Sequence record: CP044582.1
Strand: one strand, 5' to 3'
Length of the DNA stretch: 32,000 nucleotides
Shown here: positions 1-8,432 of the stretch, in pieces
Layout: each line of letters starts with the position of its first letter
How positions within the stretch are numbered: position 1 is the stretch's first letter
The notes under the pieces: model-generated
Seen by the model: only the letters and a program-made list of their open reading frames with translations
Database searches by the model: none
Told to the model about the DNA's origin: nothing
Translations under genes and position numbers: made by a program

Positions 1-1384
1 TTAAAGAAACCATTTCAACAGGATCATGATACTCGAGTAAAGAAGCTGTTAATGCATGTCCTACTTCATGATAAGCTAATATACGTTTATAACGATTTTC
101 TTCCATTGGCGGTTTAGGTATACCACCTGTTACTTTGTCAAGAGCTTCGTTTAGTCGCTTTATAGTTATAGATGTCTCATTATATCTAGCAGTCAAAATT
201 GCTGCTTCATTCATTACATTTGCTAAATCAGCACCAGAAAATCCTGGTGTACGCTTAGCTAGAGTATCTAATTGAACATCTGAATCTATCTTTTTGTCCT
301 TAGCATGTACTTTAAGAATTGATAAACGAGCTTTTGAATCAGGGAATCCGACAACAAGTTGTCTATCAAAACGACCCGGTCTTAATAAAGCTGAGTCTAA
401 AATATCTACGCGGTTTGTAGCTGCAATTACAATAACACCATTATTAGTTTCAAATCCGTCCATTTCGGTTAAGAGCTGATTTAACGTTTGTTCGCGTTCG
501 TCATTCCCACCACCAACTCCAGAGCCTCTTTGTCTACCAACTGCGTCAATTTCATCAATGAAGATAATACAAGGTGTTTTTGCTTTAGCTCGCTTAAAAA
601 GATCACGAATTCTTGATGCTCCTATACCAACAAATAACTCTACAAATTCTGATGCGGAGCAACTAAAAAAGGGAACTTTTGCCTCACCTGCAATAGCCTT
701 AGCTAATAAAGTTTTACCCGTTCCTGGAGGGCCTGATAATAAAACACCTTTTGGGATTTTAGCACCAACACGAGTATAACGTTCGGGTTTCTTTAAAAAA
801 GTAACAATTTCTTGAAACTCTTCTTTAACTTCATCAATACCAGCAACATCATCAAAGGTAACACCTGTAACCGGTACACTATCATATCTTGCTTTAGTCT
901 GGAAAAATTGTCTGAAACCAAATGGGTTAAATGGATTATTTCCTCCTCCGCCCGAAGGATTACGACCTGATTTACTTGAGCTATCTGAAGCTCTATTAAA
1001 TAAAAAGTAGCCACCTATTATAAGACCAAGTAAAATTGAGACTGTAACAAAGTTTATCGAAAAAAACTCAAAGGGTTTTGTAGACTGTTCGATCGCATGA
1101 ACATCAAAATTTATGCCAGAATCTTTAAGTTTACGTATAAGTTTAATATCTTTATTAGGAACATTAACACCTATACGTTGAGAGCGATAACCTGATTCGG
1201 GTGTAGATGCTTCAACAACTGCAAATTTTGAATTGTTATAGAAGTCAACACGCTTTACCCACCCGTTTTCAATATATTCTAAAAATCTTCCATAAGTAAT
1301 TATAGAAGTTGGAGCAGTAGCCGTTTCATTTACTGTATCTACAGCAACAAATGTTTCTGCGCCACTTGCAAATAATCCAATCAT
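1..1384 (-). CDS. ftsH: ATP-dependent zinc metalloprotease FtsH (plastid ycf25); first 461 codons, C-terminus runs off the left window edge
   Basis: My own minus-strand translation from the ATG at 1384 is open down to position 2. GGAGG lies 5 nt upstream and an in-frame TAG four codons upstream. Motifs seen: [19 protein letters not shown], Walker A GPPGTGKT, Walker B IIFIDEID, second region of homology [22 protein letters not shown], zinc site AYHEVGHAL. It is absent from the ORF track because it has no stop inside the window. Confidence 0.95.
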   Translation of the reverse strand, partial: MIGLFASGAETFVAVDTVNETATAPTSIITYGRFLEYIENGWVKRVDFYNNSKFAVVEASTPESGYRSQRIGVNVPNKDIKLIRKLKDSGINFDVHAIEQSTKPFEFFSINFVTVSILLGLIIGGYFLFNRASDSSSKSGRNPSGGGGNNPFNPFGFRQFFQTKARYDSVPVTGVTFDDVAGIDEVKEEFQEIVTFLKKPERYTRVGAKIPKGVLLSGPPGTGKTLLAKAIAGEAKVPFFSCSASEFVELFVGIGASRIRDLFKRAKAKTPCIIFIDEIDAVGRQRGSGVGGGNDEREQTLNQLLTEMDGFETNNGVIVIAATNRVDILDSALLRPGRFDRQLVVGFPDSKARLSILKVHAKDKKIDSDVQLDTLAKRTPGFSGADLANVMNEAAILTARYNETSITIKRLNEALDKVTGGIPKPPMEENRYKRILAYHEVGHALTASLLEYHDPVEMVSL

Positions 1385-1580
1385 AAAATCCTCCTACGAA
1401 ATAATCTATTCTTAAGTGTTATTTAAAATAACTTTACTTTCTTCTTTAATATTATATACTTCTTTTTCAACCACGACTAGCTTTGATTGTAATAATTTCA
1501 AAAATTTTAAGTATTCTGCCTTTTTTTAAAATTATTATTTAACATAGTAAAGACTTAAAAACCAGGGGGAAAAATTTCAA

Positions 1581-1784
1581 ATGATTCAAAAAGGCTCAAC
1601 AGTTAGAATTTTGCGCAAAGAATCTTATTGGTATAATGAATCAGGAACTGTAGTAGTTGTTGATCAAAGTAAAGTACGTTATCCTGTTTTAGTTAGATTT
1701 ACAAAAGTAAATTATGCTGGGACAAATACAAACAACTTTGGATTAAATGAAGTTGAAGAAGTTGTTACAAAAAAATCATCTTAA
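1581..1784 (+). CDS. psaE: Photosystem I subunit IV (PsaE)
   Basis: 67-aa ORF with the PsaE signature ([44 protein letters not shown]). ATG start with a purine-rich AGGGGGA about 10 nt upstream. Confidence 0.95.
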
Positions 1785-1797
1785 ATAATTTTATTTT

Positions 1798-1822
1798 GGT
1801 CATGGAAGATAACTCCATGACC
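1798..1822. terminator. 3' inverted repeat (9-bp perfect stem GGTCATGGA/TCCATGACC, 7-nt loop) between convergent psaE and psbH
   Basis: Read directly from the sequence. It lies 14 nt after the psaE stop, in the convergent spacer. This is the typical position of plastid mRNA 3'-end stabilising stem-loops. Confidence 0.5.
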
Positions 1823-1874
1823 CATAAACTTTGAAAAAGATCCAAAATTTATTTAATTTAAAAGTAATCAAATT

Positions 1875-2078
1875 TTATCGGGATAAATTACCCCAATCTA
1901 CATCCACATCATTTAGAATGAGTGATGAGTTATAGATTTGAAGAATAATCAATAAAAATACAAGGAATAAAGCCATTACAAAACCCATGATTGGTGTGCT
2001 ACCCCAACCAGGTCCAACCTTTCCGTACTCGGAATTTAAAGGTCGTAAAATTGCTCCTAGCTTGGTTTTAAAAGTCAT
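1875..2078 (-). CDS. psbH: Photosystem II phosphoprotein PsbH
   Basis: 67-aa ORF with [42 protein letters not shown], the conserved PsbH core. ATG at 2078 preceded by AGGAG. Confidence 0.95.
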   Translation of the reverse strand: MTFKTKLGAILRPLNSEYGKVGPGWGSTPIMGFVMALFLVFLLIILQIYNSSLILNDVDVDWGNLSR

Positions 2079-2170
2079 TAGTTATTTCTCCTTTTAGACT
2101 TACAAACAAAAGAATCAAATATTTCAAAATGAATTACTCGATTGAAGACAAGTTATAATATATTTAGGAA

Positions 2171-2228
2171 AACTTAAGAAACCAAAATTTACTCTATAAC
2201 AAGGGAGTAAATTTTGGTTTCCTAAGTT
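2171..2228 (-). promoter_or_regulatory. Long stem-loop (24-bp stem, 10-nt loop) in the psbN(antisense)-psbH intercistronic leader
   Basis: Arms are 2171-2194 (AACTTAAGAAACCAAAATTTACTC) and 2205-2228 (GAGTAAATTTTGGTTTCCTAAGTT). The single non-Watson-Crick position (2177) is A/C on the plus strand but U/G wobble on the minus-strand (psbH-sense) RNA. Confidence 0.5.
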
Positions 2229-2260
2229 GAACTATATTTATAAAGAACAGGTAAGTAAAA

Positions 2261-2419
2261 ATGAATACAAATATCACATTGGATAATGTAGATTCCGCCT
2301 TGCTCTTAGTTACATTCTTAGAATGTTTATTGCTTGGTATAGTCGTTTATGCAATTTATGTATCTTTTGGTCCACCAGCTCAGGAGCTTCGTGATCCTTT
2401 TGAAGAACACGAAGATTAA
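2261..2419 (+). CDS. psbN: PSII assembly factor PsbN
   Basis: Hand-translated 52-aa ORF, too short for the ORF track: MNTNITLDNVDSALLLVTFLECLLLGIVVYAIYVSFGPPAQELRDPFEEHED. The C-terminal LRDPFEEH motif and the opposite-strand position between psbT and psbH are diagnostic. Confidence 0.85.
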   Translation: MNTNITLDNVDSALLLVTFLECLLLGIVVYAIYVSFGPPAQELRDPFEEHED

Positions 2420-2430
2420 ACTTTAGAACA

Positions 2431-2461
2431 ACGTATCATAACACGATTGTGTATGATACGT
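2431..2461. terminator. Stem-loop (9 bp + bulge + 4 bp, GATT loop) shared by convergent psbN and psbT
   Basis: ACGTATCAT-A-ACAC GATT GTGT-ATGATACGT read from the sequence. It abuts the psbT stop (2462-2464) and lies 12 nt after the psbN stop. Confidence 0.45.
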
Positions 2462-2560
2462 CTATTTAGTAATAATACGAGGTGGTTCACGAAAGAAAAC
2501 TGCAAAAAAGATAACCATTAAAGTTCCTATAAGTAAAAACGTGTAAACTAATGCTTCCAT
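2462..2560 (-). CDS. psbT: Photosystem II protein PsbT
   Basis: Hand-translated 32-aa [35 protein letters not shown]. It sits immediately downstream of psbB, the conserved order. Confidence 0.9.
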   Translation of the reverse strand: MEALVYTFLLIGTLMVIFFAVFFREPPRIITK

Positions 2561-2574
2561 TTTTTATTTCCTAT

Positions 2575-4104
2575 TTAAATAAAACCTTGTCTTCTTGTAC
2601 TTTCATCACCTAATTTTTGAAGTACACCAAATTCGATTTGATCAGTAATACTTGCATCAATACCAGTGAATACATCACGATAAAGTGTTCTTGCTCCATG
2701 CCAAAGATGGCCTAGGAAGAATATAAGAGCAAAATTAGCATGACCGAATGTATACCATCCTCTTGGACTGCTTCTGAATACACCATCAGATTCTAAACTA
2801 GTTCTGTCGAACTCGAATACTTCGCCAAGTTGAGCTTTACGAGCATATTTTTTAACAGTAGGCGCATCTTTAAATGTTTGACCATTAAGTTTACCACCGT
2901 AGAAGTTCACGTTTACGCCAACTTGTTCAATACTGTATTTAGATTCAGCACGACGGAATGGGATATCCGCGCGGATAATACCATCTTTATCTAATAAAAG
3001 AACTGGGAATGTTTCAAAAAAGGCTGGCATACGGCGTACAGTTAACTCTCTACCTTCACGATCCGTGAAAATAGGATGACCTAACCATGCTTCTGCAATA
3101 CCATCACCTTTGTTCATTGGACCAGCACGGAATAAACCACCCTTAGCAGGATTATTTCCGATGTAATCGTAAAACGCAAGTTTATCAGGTATACGAGCCC
3201 AAGCTTGTGATTTTGATAGGCCTTCAGCAACTGAATTTTCAACACGTCTTTCAATTTCCTGTTGGAAATATCCGCTATCCCATTGATAACGAGTAGGACC
3301 AAAAAGCTCAATTGGTGTAGTGGCTGAACCATACCACATTGTTCCAGATGTAACAAATGCAGCAAAGAATACGGCAGCGATACTACTAGATAATACTGTT
3401 TCAATATTACCCATTCTTAATCCACGATATAAACGTTGAGGTGGTCTTACAATAATATGGAAGAAACCTGCAAGGATACCAATTGTTCCCGCTGCAATAT
3501 GATGTGCCGCAACACCACCTGGGTTAAATGGGTTAAAACCGTCGGGACCCCAAGAAGGTGCAACACCTTGTACTTTTCCTGTTAAACCGTAAGCATCTGA
3601 CAACCAGATCCCCGGGCCAAAAAAACCTGTTACATGGAATGCACCGAATCCTAGGCAAAGAATGCCTGATAAGAATAAGTGAATACCAAACACTTTAGGT
3701 AAATCTAATGAGATTTCATCAGATCGTTGAATATTGAAAATATCTAAGTCCCAATATACCCAATGCCAAATTGCGGCAAGGAATAATAAACCAGAAAGTA
3801 CAATATGTGTTAACGCAACACCTTCATAACTCCAGAGTCCAGGATTTAATCCACTTTCACCAGTAACACTCCAACCACCCCAAGAATCAGTTACACCTAA
3901 TCTTGTCATAAAAGGCATAACAAACATACCTTGTCTCCACATAGGATTCAAGATAGGATCTGATGGATCAAAAATTGCAAGTTCGTATAAAGCCATTGAA
4001 CCAGCCCATCCTGATACTAAAGCAGTATGCATAATATGAACTGCTAATAACCTTCCAGGATCATTTAATACTACGGTATGGACACGATACCAAGGTAATG
4101 CCAT
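2575..4104 (-). CDS. psbB: Photosystem II CP47 chlorophyll apoprotein
   Basis: 509-aa ORF starting [43 protein letters not shown]..., near-invariant CP47 sequence. GGAGG lies upstream of the ATG. Confidence 0.98.
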   Translation of the reverse strand: MALPWYRVHTVVLNDPGRLLAVHIMHTALVSGWAGSMALYELAIFDPSDPILNPMWRQGMFVMPFMTRLGVTDSWGGWSVTGESGLNPGLWSYEGVALTHIVLSGLLFLAAIWHWVYWDLDIFNIQRSDEISLDLPKVFGIHLFLSGILCLGFGAFHVTGFFGPGIWLSDAYGLTGKVQGVAPSWGPDGFNPFNPGGVAAHHIAAGTIGILAGFFHIIVRPPQRLYRGLRMGNIETVLSSSIAAVFFAAFVTSGTMWYGSATTPIELFGPTRYQWDSGYFQQEIERRVENSVAEGLSKSQAWARIPDKLAFYDYIGNNPAKGGLFRAGPMNKGDGIAEAWLGHPIFTDREGRELTVRRMPAFFETFPVLLLDKDGIIRADIPFRRAESKYSIEQVGVNVNFYGGKLNGQTFKDAPTVKKYARKAQLGEVFEFDRTSLESDGVFRSSPRGWYTFGHANFALIFFLGHLWHGARTLYRDVFTGIDASITDQIEFGVLQKLGDESTRRQGFI

Positions 4105-4128
4105 TTTTTTCGCCTCCGTTTACATGGT

Positions 4129-4157
4129 TTGACTTTCTTGAGAAAGAAACAAATAAT
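4129..4157 (+). promoter_or_regulatory. Candidate sigma70/PEP-type promoter facing petF (TTGACT - 17 nt - AATAAT)
   Basis: Motif match read from the sequence in the divergent psbB/petF spacer, about 190 nt upstream of petF. In DNA this AT-rich, such matches arise by chance, hence the low confidence. Confidence 0.25.
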
Positions 4158-4349
4158 TTTAGTATATGTTTCTTCTTTATTGTTTATTAAAAAAAAAAAT
4201 AGACTTATTTAATTATAATTGTGATCAGTTAAAAACTAACTAATTGTACAAAAGTCTTTACTAAATTCTAAAACTTTGTATAATCAAAAACGAAACCCGA
4301 TCTAAGGATCAAGAATTTTAGAAAAAATTATAAGAAAAGAGAATCATAA

Positions 4350-4658
4350 ATGGCAACAACATATAAAGTAAAACTTATTTATCCTACTGATGCTGAAGAT
4401 GCTAACCGTTTTATCGACTGTGATGATGACGAATACATTTTAGACGCTGCTGAAGAAAATGGATTTGAACTACCTTATTCTTGCAGATCAGGTTCTTGTT
4501 CAACTTGTGCTGGCCGAGTTGTTGGTGGTACTATTGATCAATCTGAGCAATCCTTTTTAGAAGATGATCAAGTTGCAGAGGGATTCGTATTAACTTGCGT
4601 AGCATATCCTGCATCTGATTGTCAAATTTTAACAAATCAAGAGGATGAACTTTATTAA
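4350..4658 (+). CDS. petF: [2Fe-2S] plant-type ferredoxin
   Basis: 102-aa ORF with the cluster-binding motif [13 protein letters not shown]...LTCVAYP and a ferredoxin-like N-terminus ATTYKVKL. Confidence 0.95.
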   Translation: MATTYKVKLIYPTDAEDANRFIDCDDDEYILDAAEENGFELPYSCRSGSCSTCAGRVVGGTIDQSEQSFLEDDQVAEGFVLTCVAYPASDCQILTNQEDELY

Positions 4659-4686
4659 GTTGTCTATTTCAACTTGAGATTTAACA

Positions 4687-4723
4687 ATGAGATAAAGTTA
4701 AGAAAAACTTAACTTTATCTCAT
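4687..4723. terminator. Perfect 16-bp stem / 5-nt loop between convergent petF and rps10
   Basis: ATGAGATAAAGTTAAG AAAAA CTTAACTTTATCTCAT read from the sequence. It lies 29 nt after the petF stop and 8 nt after the rps10 stop. Confidence 0.55.
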
Positions 4724-4730
4724 CAATTTT

Positions 4731-5078
4731 TTAACTTATTTGATTGAAGAAGATAGAAATATCCACACCGGGAGGAAATGAAATAGCACTTAAAAGATTA
4801 ATATAATTCTTTTTAGGTACTTTAATATCAAATATCCATTTGTGTCTTCTGATCTCAAACTGTTCTTGAGAAGCTTTATCAATATGAGGAGATCTTAGTA
4901 ATGAGTAGTAACGTTTTTTTACAGGTAGACGTACAGGACCTTTAACTAAAGTTTGGCCATTATAAATTCCATCTAATCTTTTTAACTCTTCTTCTAATAG
5001 TAAACTACTTATTCTTAATACTCTTGAATTATAAGCTTTTAATCGAATACGAAAACTGATTTCTCCATTTTTCGTCAT
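4731..5078 (-). CDS. rps10: 30S ribosomal protein S10
   Basis: 115-aa ORF (IRIRLKAYNSRVL...GPVRLPVKKRYYSLLRSPHIDKASQEQFEIRRHKW.FDI). It sits downstream of tufA, as in red-lineage plastids. Confidence 0.9.
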   Translation of the reverse strand: MTKNGEISFRIRLKAYNSRVLRISSLLLEEELKRLDGIYNGQTLVKGPVRLPVKKRYYSLLRSPHIDKASQEQFEIRRHKWIFDIKVPKKNYINLLSAISFPPGVDISIFFNQIS

Positions 5079-5114
5079 ATTATATTTTAGCCTTTTTATT
5101 AAGAATAATTTTGC

Positions 5115-6344
5115 CTATTCTAAGATTTTTGATACAACACCTGCACCAATCGTACGACCACCTTCACGAATAGCGAAACGCATTCCGGCTTCAATAGCAA
5201 TAGGCGAAATTAATTCTGCTGTCATTTTAATACGGTCACCCGGAATTACCATTTCTGCGGCAGCTCCATCATCGGCAGTAAATCCTGTAATATTACCTGT
5301 TACATCTGTTGTTCTTACATAAAACTGAGGTCGATAACCTGGTAAGAATGGTGTATGACGCCCACCTTCTTCTTTTTTTAGAATGTAAACCTCAGCTTCA
5401 AAACGTTTGTGTGGTTTAATAGTGCCAGGTTTAGCTAGAACCATTCCCCTTTGAATATCACCTTTTTGTACACCACGTAATAAAATACCAATATTATCTC
5501 CAGCAAATCCTTCGTCAAGTGTCTTTTGGAACATCTCTAAACCAGTAACAGTTGTCGTTTTTGTTTCAACGATACCAATGATTTCAATTGTTTCCCCAAC
5601 TTTAACTGTACCACGCTCAATTCTTCCTGTTGCGACTGTACCACGGCCTGTAATTGAGAATACATCCTCAACAGCCATTAAAAATGTTTTGTCAACATCA
5701 CGTACTGGTGTTGGAATATAGCTATCTACAGCATCCATTAGGTCAAAAATTTTGTCTACCCATTGATTTTCACCACGTTTTGTTACAGTTGCATTTGTTA
5801 CCGCTTCCAAAGCTAATAAAGCTGAACCTGAAACAAAAGGTATTTCCTCACCAGGGAAATCATAATTTGATAATAACTCACGAACTTCAAGTTCTACTAA
5901 TTCCAGAAGTTCATCATCATCTACTTGATCAGCTTTATTTAAGAATACAACAACATGAGGTACACCAACTTGTTTTGCTAAAAGTATGTGTTCACGCGTT
6001 TGAGGCATTGGCCCATCAGCGGCTGATACAACTAGAATTGCACCATCCATTTGAGCAGCCCCGGTAATCATGTTTTTAACGTAATCTGCGTGACCAGGAC
6101 AATCAACGTGTGCATAGTGACGTGACTCAGTTTCATATTCTACATGTGCAGTATTAATTGTAATACCACGTGCTTTTTCTTCTGGAGCTGCATCAATGTC
6201 ATCGTACTTTCTTGCCTTTGCATTCCCTAAAAGAGAAAGAGTACTTGTAATTGCAGCTGTTAAGGTTGTTTTACCATGGTCAACATGACCAATAGTACCA
6301 ATATTTACATGAGGTTTTGTACGTTCGAACTTTTCACGAGCCAT
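5115..6344 (-). CDS. tufA: Elongation factor Tu
   Basis: 409-aa [36 protein letters not shown]..., with the G1-G4 GTPase motifs ([17 protein letters not shown]). Confidence 0.98.
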   Translation of the reverse strand: MAREKFERTKPHVNIGTIGHVDHGKTTLTAAITSTLSLLGNAKARKYDDIDAAPEEKARGITINTAHVEYETESRHYAHVDCPGHADYVKNMITGAAQMDGAILVVSAADGPMPQTREHILLAKQVGVPHVVVFLNKADQVDDDELLELVELEVRELLSNYDFPGEEIPFVSGSALLALEAVTNATVTKRGENQWVDKIFDLMDAVDSYIPTPVRDVDKTFLMAVEDVFSITGRGTVATGRIERGTVKVGETIEIIGIVETKTTTVTGLEMFQKTLDEGFAGDNIGILLRGVQKGDIQRGMVLAKPGTIKPHKRFEAEVYILKKEEGGRHTPFLPGYRPQFYVRTTDVTGNITGFTADDGAAAEMVIPGDRIKMTAELISPIAIEAGMRFAIREGGRTIGAGVVSKILE

Positions 6345-6412
6345 TTTTTTTTTTTCCTTTCTTGTTTTAGTTAAATTGTAATTGAATCAATTTAATAATC
6401 AAATTTTATTTT

Positions 6413-6889
6413 CTATTTTTTAGTTTTAAAAAAACTAAATGCTTTATTTGCTTCAGCCATTTTGTGAACTTCTTCGCGTCTACGAATAGAATTTCCTATT
6501 CCTTTTGAAGCATCCATTAACTCACGAGCTAGCTTAAATGACATATTCTTTCCAGATCTGTCACGTGAAAACTTTAGGATCCATTTTAAAGCTAAATTTG
6601 TAGCTCTAAGTCTTTTTACTTCAATTGGAACCTGATATGTAGCACCACCAATTCTTTTTGGTTTTAATTCTACTATAGGGCTTACATTTTGAACAGCTTT
6701 TTCTAAAGTTACAAGGCCTTCAACACTTGTTTTTTGTTTAACATAGTCTAAAGCCCTATAAACAATTCGCTCTGCTAATTGTTTTTTACCACTTTTTAGT
6801 ACACGTAAACTTAACAAGCTTACAAGATAACTATTATATATTGGATCTGGACCAGGTAGACGTTTTTTAATTCTTTTTCGTCTTGACAT
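6413..6889 (-). CDS. rps7: 30S ribosomal protein S7
   Basis: 158-aa ORF with S7 signatures (PDPIYNS.LVS.L..RVLKSGKK.LAERIVY.AL; ATYQVPIEV). It lies in the str-operon position. Confidence 0.95.
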   Translation of the reverse strand: MSRRKRIKKRLPGPDPIYNSYLVSLLSLRVLKSGKKQLAERIVYRALDYVKQKTSVEGLVTLEKAVQNVSPIVELKPKRIGGATYQVPIEVKRLRATNLALKWILKFSRDRSGKNMSFKLARELMDASKGIGNSIRRREEVHKMAEANKAFSFFKTKK

Positions 6890-6907
6890 TTTAATTATTT
6901 CCTAGAT

Positions 6908-7286
6908 TTACTTTTTCTTAGCTTTGCGGGCACCATATTTTGAACGCCCTTGCATCCTTTTAGTAACACCAACTGTATCTAGTGCACCACGAACGACTCT
7001 GTATCGAACTCCAGGTAAATCCTTTACACGACCACCTCTAATCAAAACAACTGAATGCTCTTGTAAATTATGGCCTTCACCAGGAATATGAGCTGTAACC
7101 TCAAATCCAGATGTCAGTCTAATTCTGGCCACTTTTCGCATTGCTGAGTTTGGTTTTTTTGGTGTAACAATATAAACTCTTGTACACACGCCGCGTCTTT
7201 GAGGACACGCTTTTAAAGCGGCTGCTTTACTTTTTTTTTTTAAGAGTTGTACGCTCATTTCTAATTAATTGTTGAACCGTTGGCAT
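6908..7286 (-). CDS. rps12: 30S ribosomal protein S12, reading frame interrupted by a +1 shift inside an A11 run
   Basis: The tracked ORF (6908-7258) carries the S12 core: [69 protein letters not shown]. The canonical N-terminus [18 protein letters not shown] starts at the ATG at 7286 in another frame and stops at 7227. The two frames join with the standard S12 spacing if the run 7231-7241 is 10 nt rather than 11. Confidence 0.9.
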
Positions 7287-7289
7287 AAT

Positions 7290-7514
7290 TTATTTATTAC
7301 TCTCCTCTGATTCCATATTATATTTTTTTAAGAATCGTTCAACACGACCCTCAGTATCGATAATTTTTTGCGAACCTGTAAAGAAAGGGTGATTTCCTGA
7401 CCATATATCGACATGTAACTCAGGTTTTGTAGATGATATTGTCATAATTTCTTTACCATCGCAGTAAACTTTAGTCTTCTCAAACCAACTTGGGTGAATA
7501 TTTTTTTTTGGCAT
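7290..7514 (-). CDS. rpl31: 50S ribosomal protein L31
   Basis: 74-aa ORF MPKKNIHPSWFE.TKVYCDGKEI......P.L.VDIWSGNHPFFTG.QKIIDTEGRVERF.KKY. Confidence 0.9.
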   Translation of the reverse strand: MPKKNIHPSWFEKTKVYCDGKEIMTISSTKPELHVDIWSGNHPFFTGSQKIIDTEGRVERFLKKYNMESEESNK

Positions 7515-7519
7515 ATTAA

Positions 7520-7929
7520 TTAACGCTTAGAATATTGCGGTGCTTTACGTGCCTTTTTCAGGCCATATTTTTTACGCTCTTTTATCCTTGTATCACGAGT
7601 TAGTAACCCTAAATTTCTAAGTTTGACTCTTTTATCAGAATCAAGACTTGAAATTGCTTTTGCTACTGCTAACCTAATAGCTTCAGTTTGACCTTGTAGC
7701 CCACCACCAGAAACATCAATAATAATATTATATGCTTTATCAGATTGGAAAATTTCAAGTGGAGTTCTACAAATTCCTAAACCATTTGCAATAGAATGGA
7801 AATACTCAACTCCAGATTTTTGATTAATTGTAATTTCTCCAGTTCCGAAAAAATTTTGACAAGTGCTGAAGCACTTTTTCGACGGCCTACACCAGTAGCA
7901 AGTATACTATTTTTTTCAAATGTTATCAT
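7520..7929 (-). CDS. rps9: 30S ribosomal protein S9, reading frame interrupted by a 1-nt deficit in a T6 run (A6 on the plus strand)
   Basis: There is no ORF in the track. My translation gives [27 protein letters not shown] from the ATG at 7929. After a -1 shift at 7848-7853 it continues [108 protein letters not shown] with no further stops. The span is 410 nt, which is not a multiple of 3. Confidence 0.88.
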
Positions 7930-7940
7930 AGTCTGAATTA

Positions 7941-8378
7941 TTATTTACTGAAGATAACTTCTTTTGGTTTCTGTGCTTTATGTGGATGTTCATTTCCAGC
8001 ATATACACGTAATCTTTTTGCTAAATCAGATTTTTCAAATCCGTTAGGTAGCATTCTTTTTACAGCTAATTCAATTACTCTATAAGGGAATCGTGCAAGT
8101 AATTCAGCTAATGACCTTGTTTTCAATTCACCCGGTTTGCCTGTATGTGTGTAATAAAACTTTTGATTAAGTTTATTACCACTAACTTTTATCTTATCAG
8201 CATTGATAACGACGACATGTACTTTGCTATCGCTACCAGGTGTATAAGTTACTTGGTTTTTACCTTGAATTAAATTTGCAATTTTTGTTGATAATCTACC
8301 AAGTGTTTGATTCTCAGCATCGATTAAATACCAACTTCTTTCTTTGTGTTTTCCTAATGGTATATATGTATGATTCAT
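7941..8378 (-). CDS. rpl13: 50S ribosomal protein L13
   Basis: 145-aa ORF (WYLIDAENQTLGRLSTKIANLIQGKN...THTG.PG.LK......L....P.RVIE.AVK.MLP). Confidence 0.93.
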   Translation of the reverse strand: MNHTYIPLGKHKERSWYLIDAENQTLGRLSTKIANLIQGKNQVTYTPGSDSKVHVVVINADKIKVSGNKLNQKFYYTHTGKPGELKTRSLAELLARFPYRVIELAVKRMLPNGFEKSDLAKRLRVYAGNEHPHKAQKPKEVIFSK

Positions 8379-8432
8379 ATTGGATCGGTTTTAAAATTTT
8401 ATTTTCGATCAAGAGATTTAATCAATAAAATT

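Noticed and set aside
294-1014. Tracked ORFs 294-479(+), 558-779(+) and 793-1014(-) at the left end.
   Set aside because: All three lie inside the continuous minus-strand ftsH reading frame (1-1384), either antisense or out of frame. Their translations are low-complexity and match no known family. They are shadow ORFs.
1507-1545. Mini-ORF MLNNNFKKRQNT on the minus strand upstream of ftsH, considered as a remnant of the missing FtsH N-tail/TM1 displaced by homopolymer frameshifts (T7 run at 1521-1527).
   Set aside because: None of the three minus-strand frames between 1385 and 1545 encodes a hydrophobic helix of about 20 residues. Several shifts would be needed to reach the ftsH ATG. Most likely it is a chance ATG in AT-rich spacer.
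3114-3404. 96-aa ORF inside psbB on the same strand but in a different frame.
   Set aside because: It is fully embedded in the highly conserved CP47 frame and is a frame-shadow with no recognisable motif.
5654-6067. 137-aa plus-strand ORF antisense to tufA.
   Set aside because: It is antisense to one of the most conserved genes in the window. Its H/L/Q-rich translation is typical of an antisense shadow.
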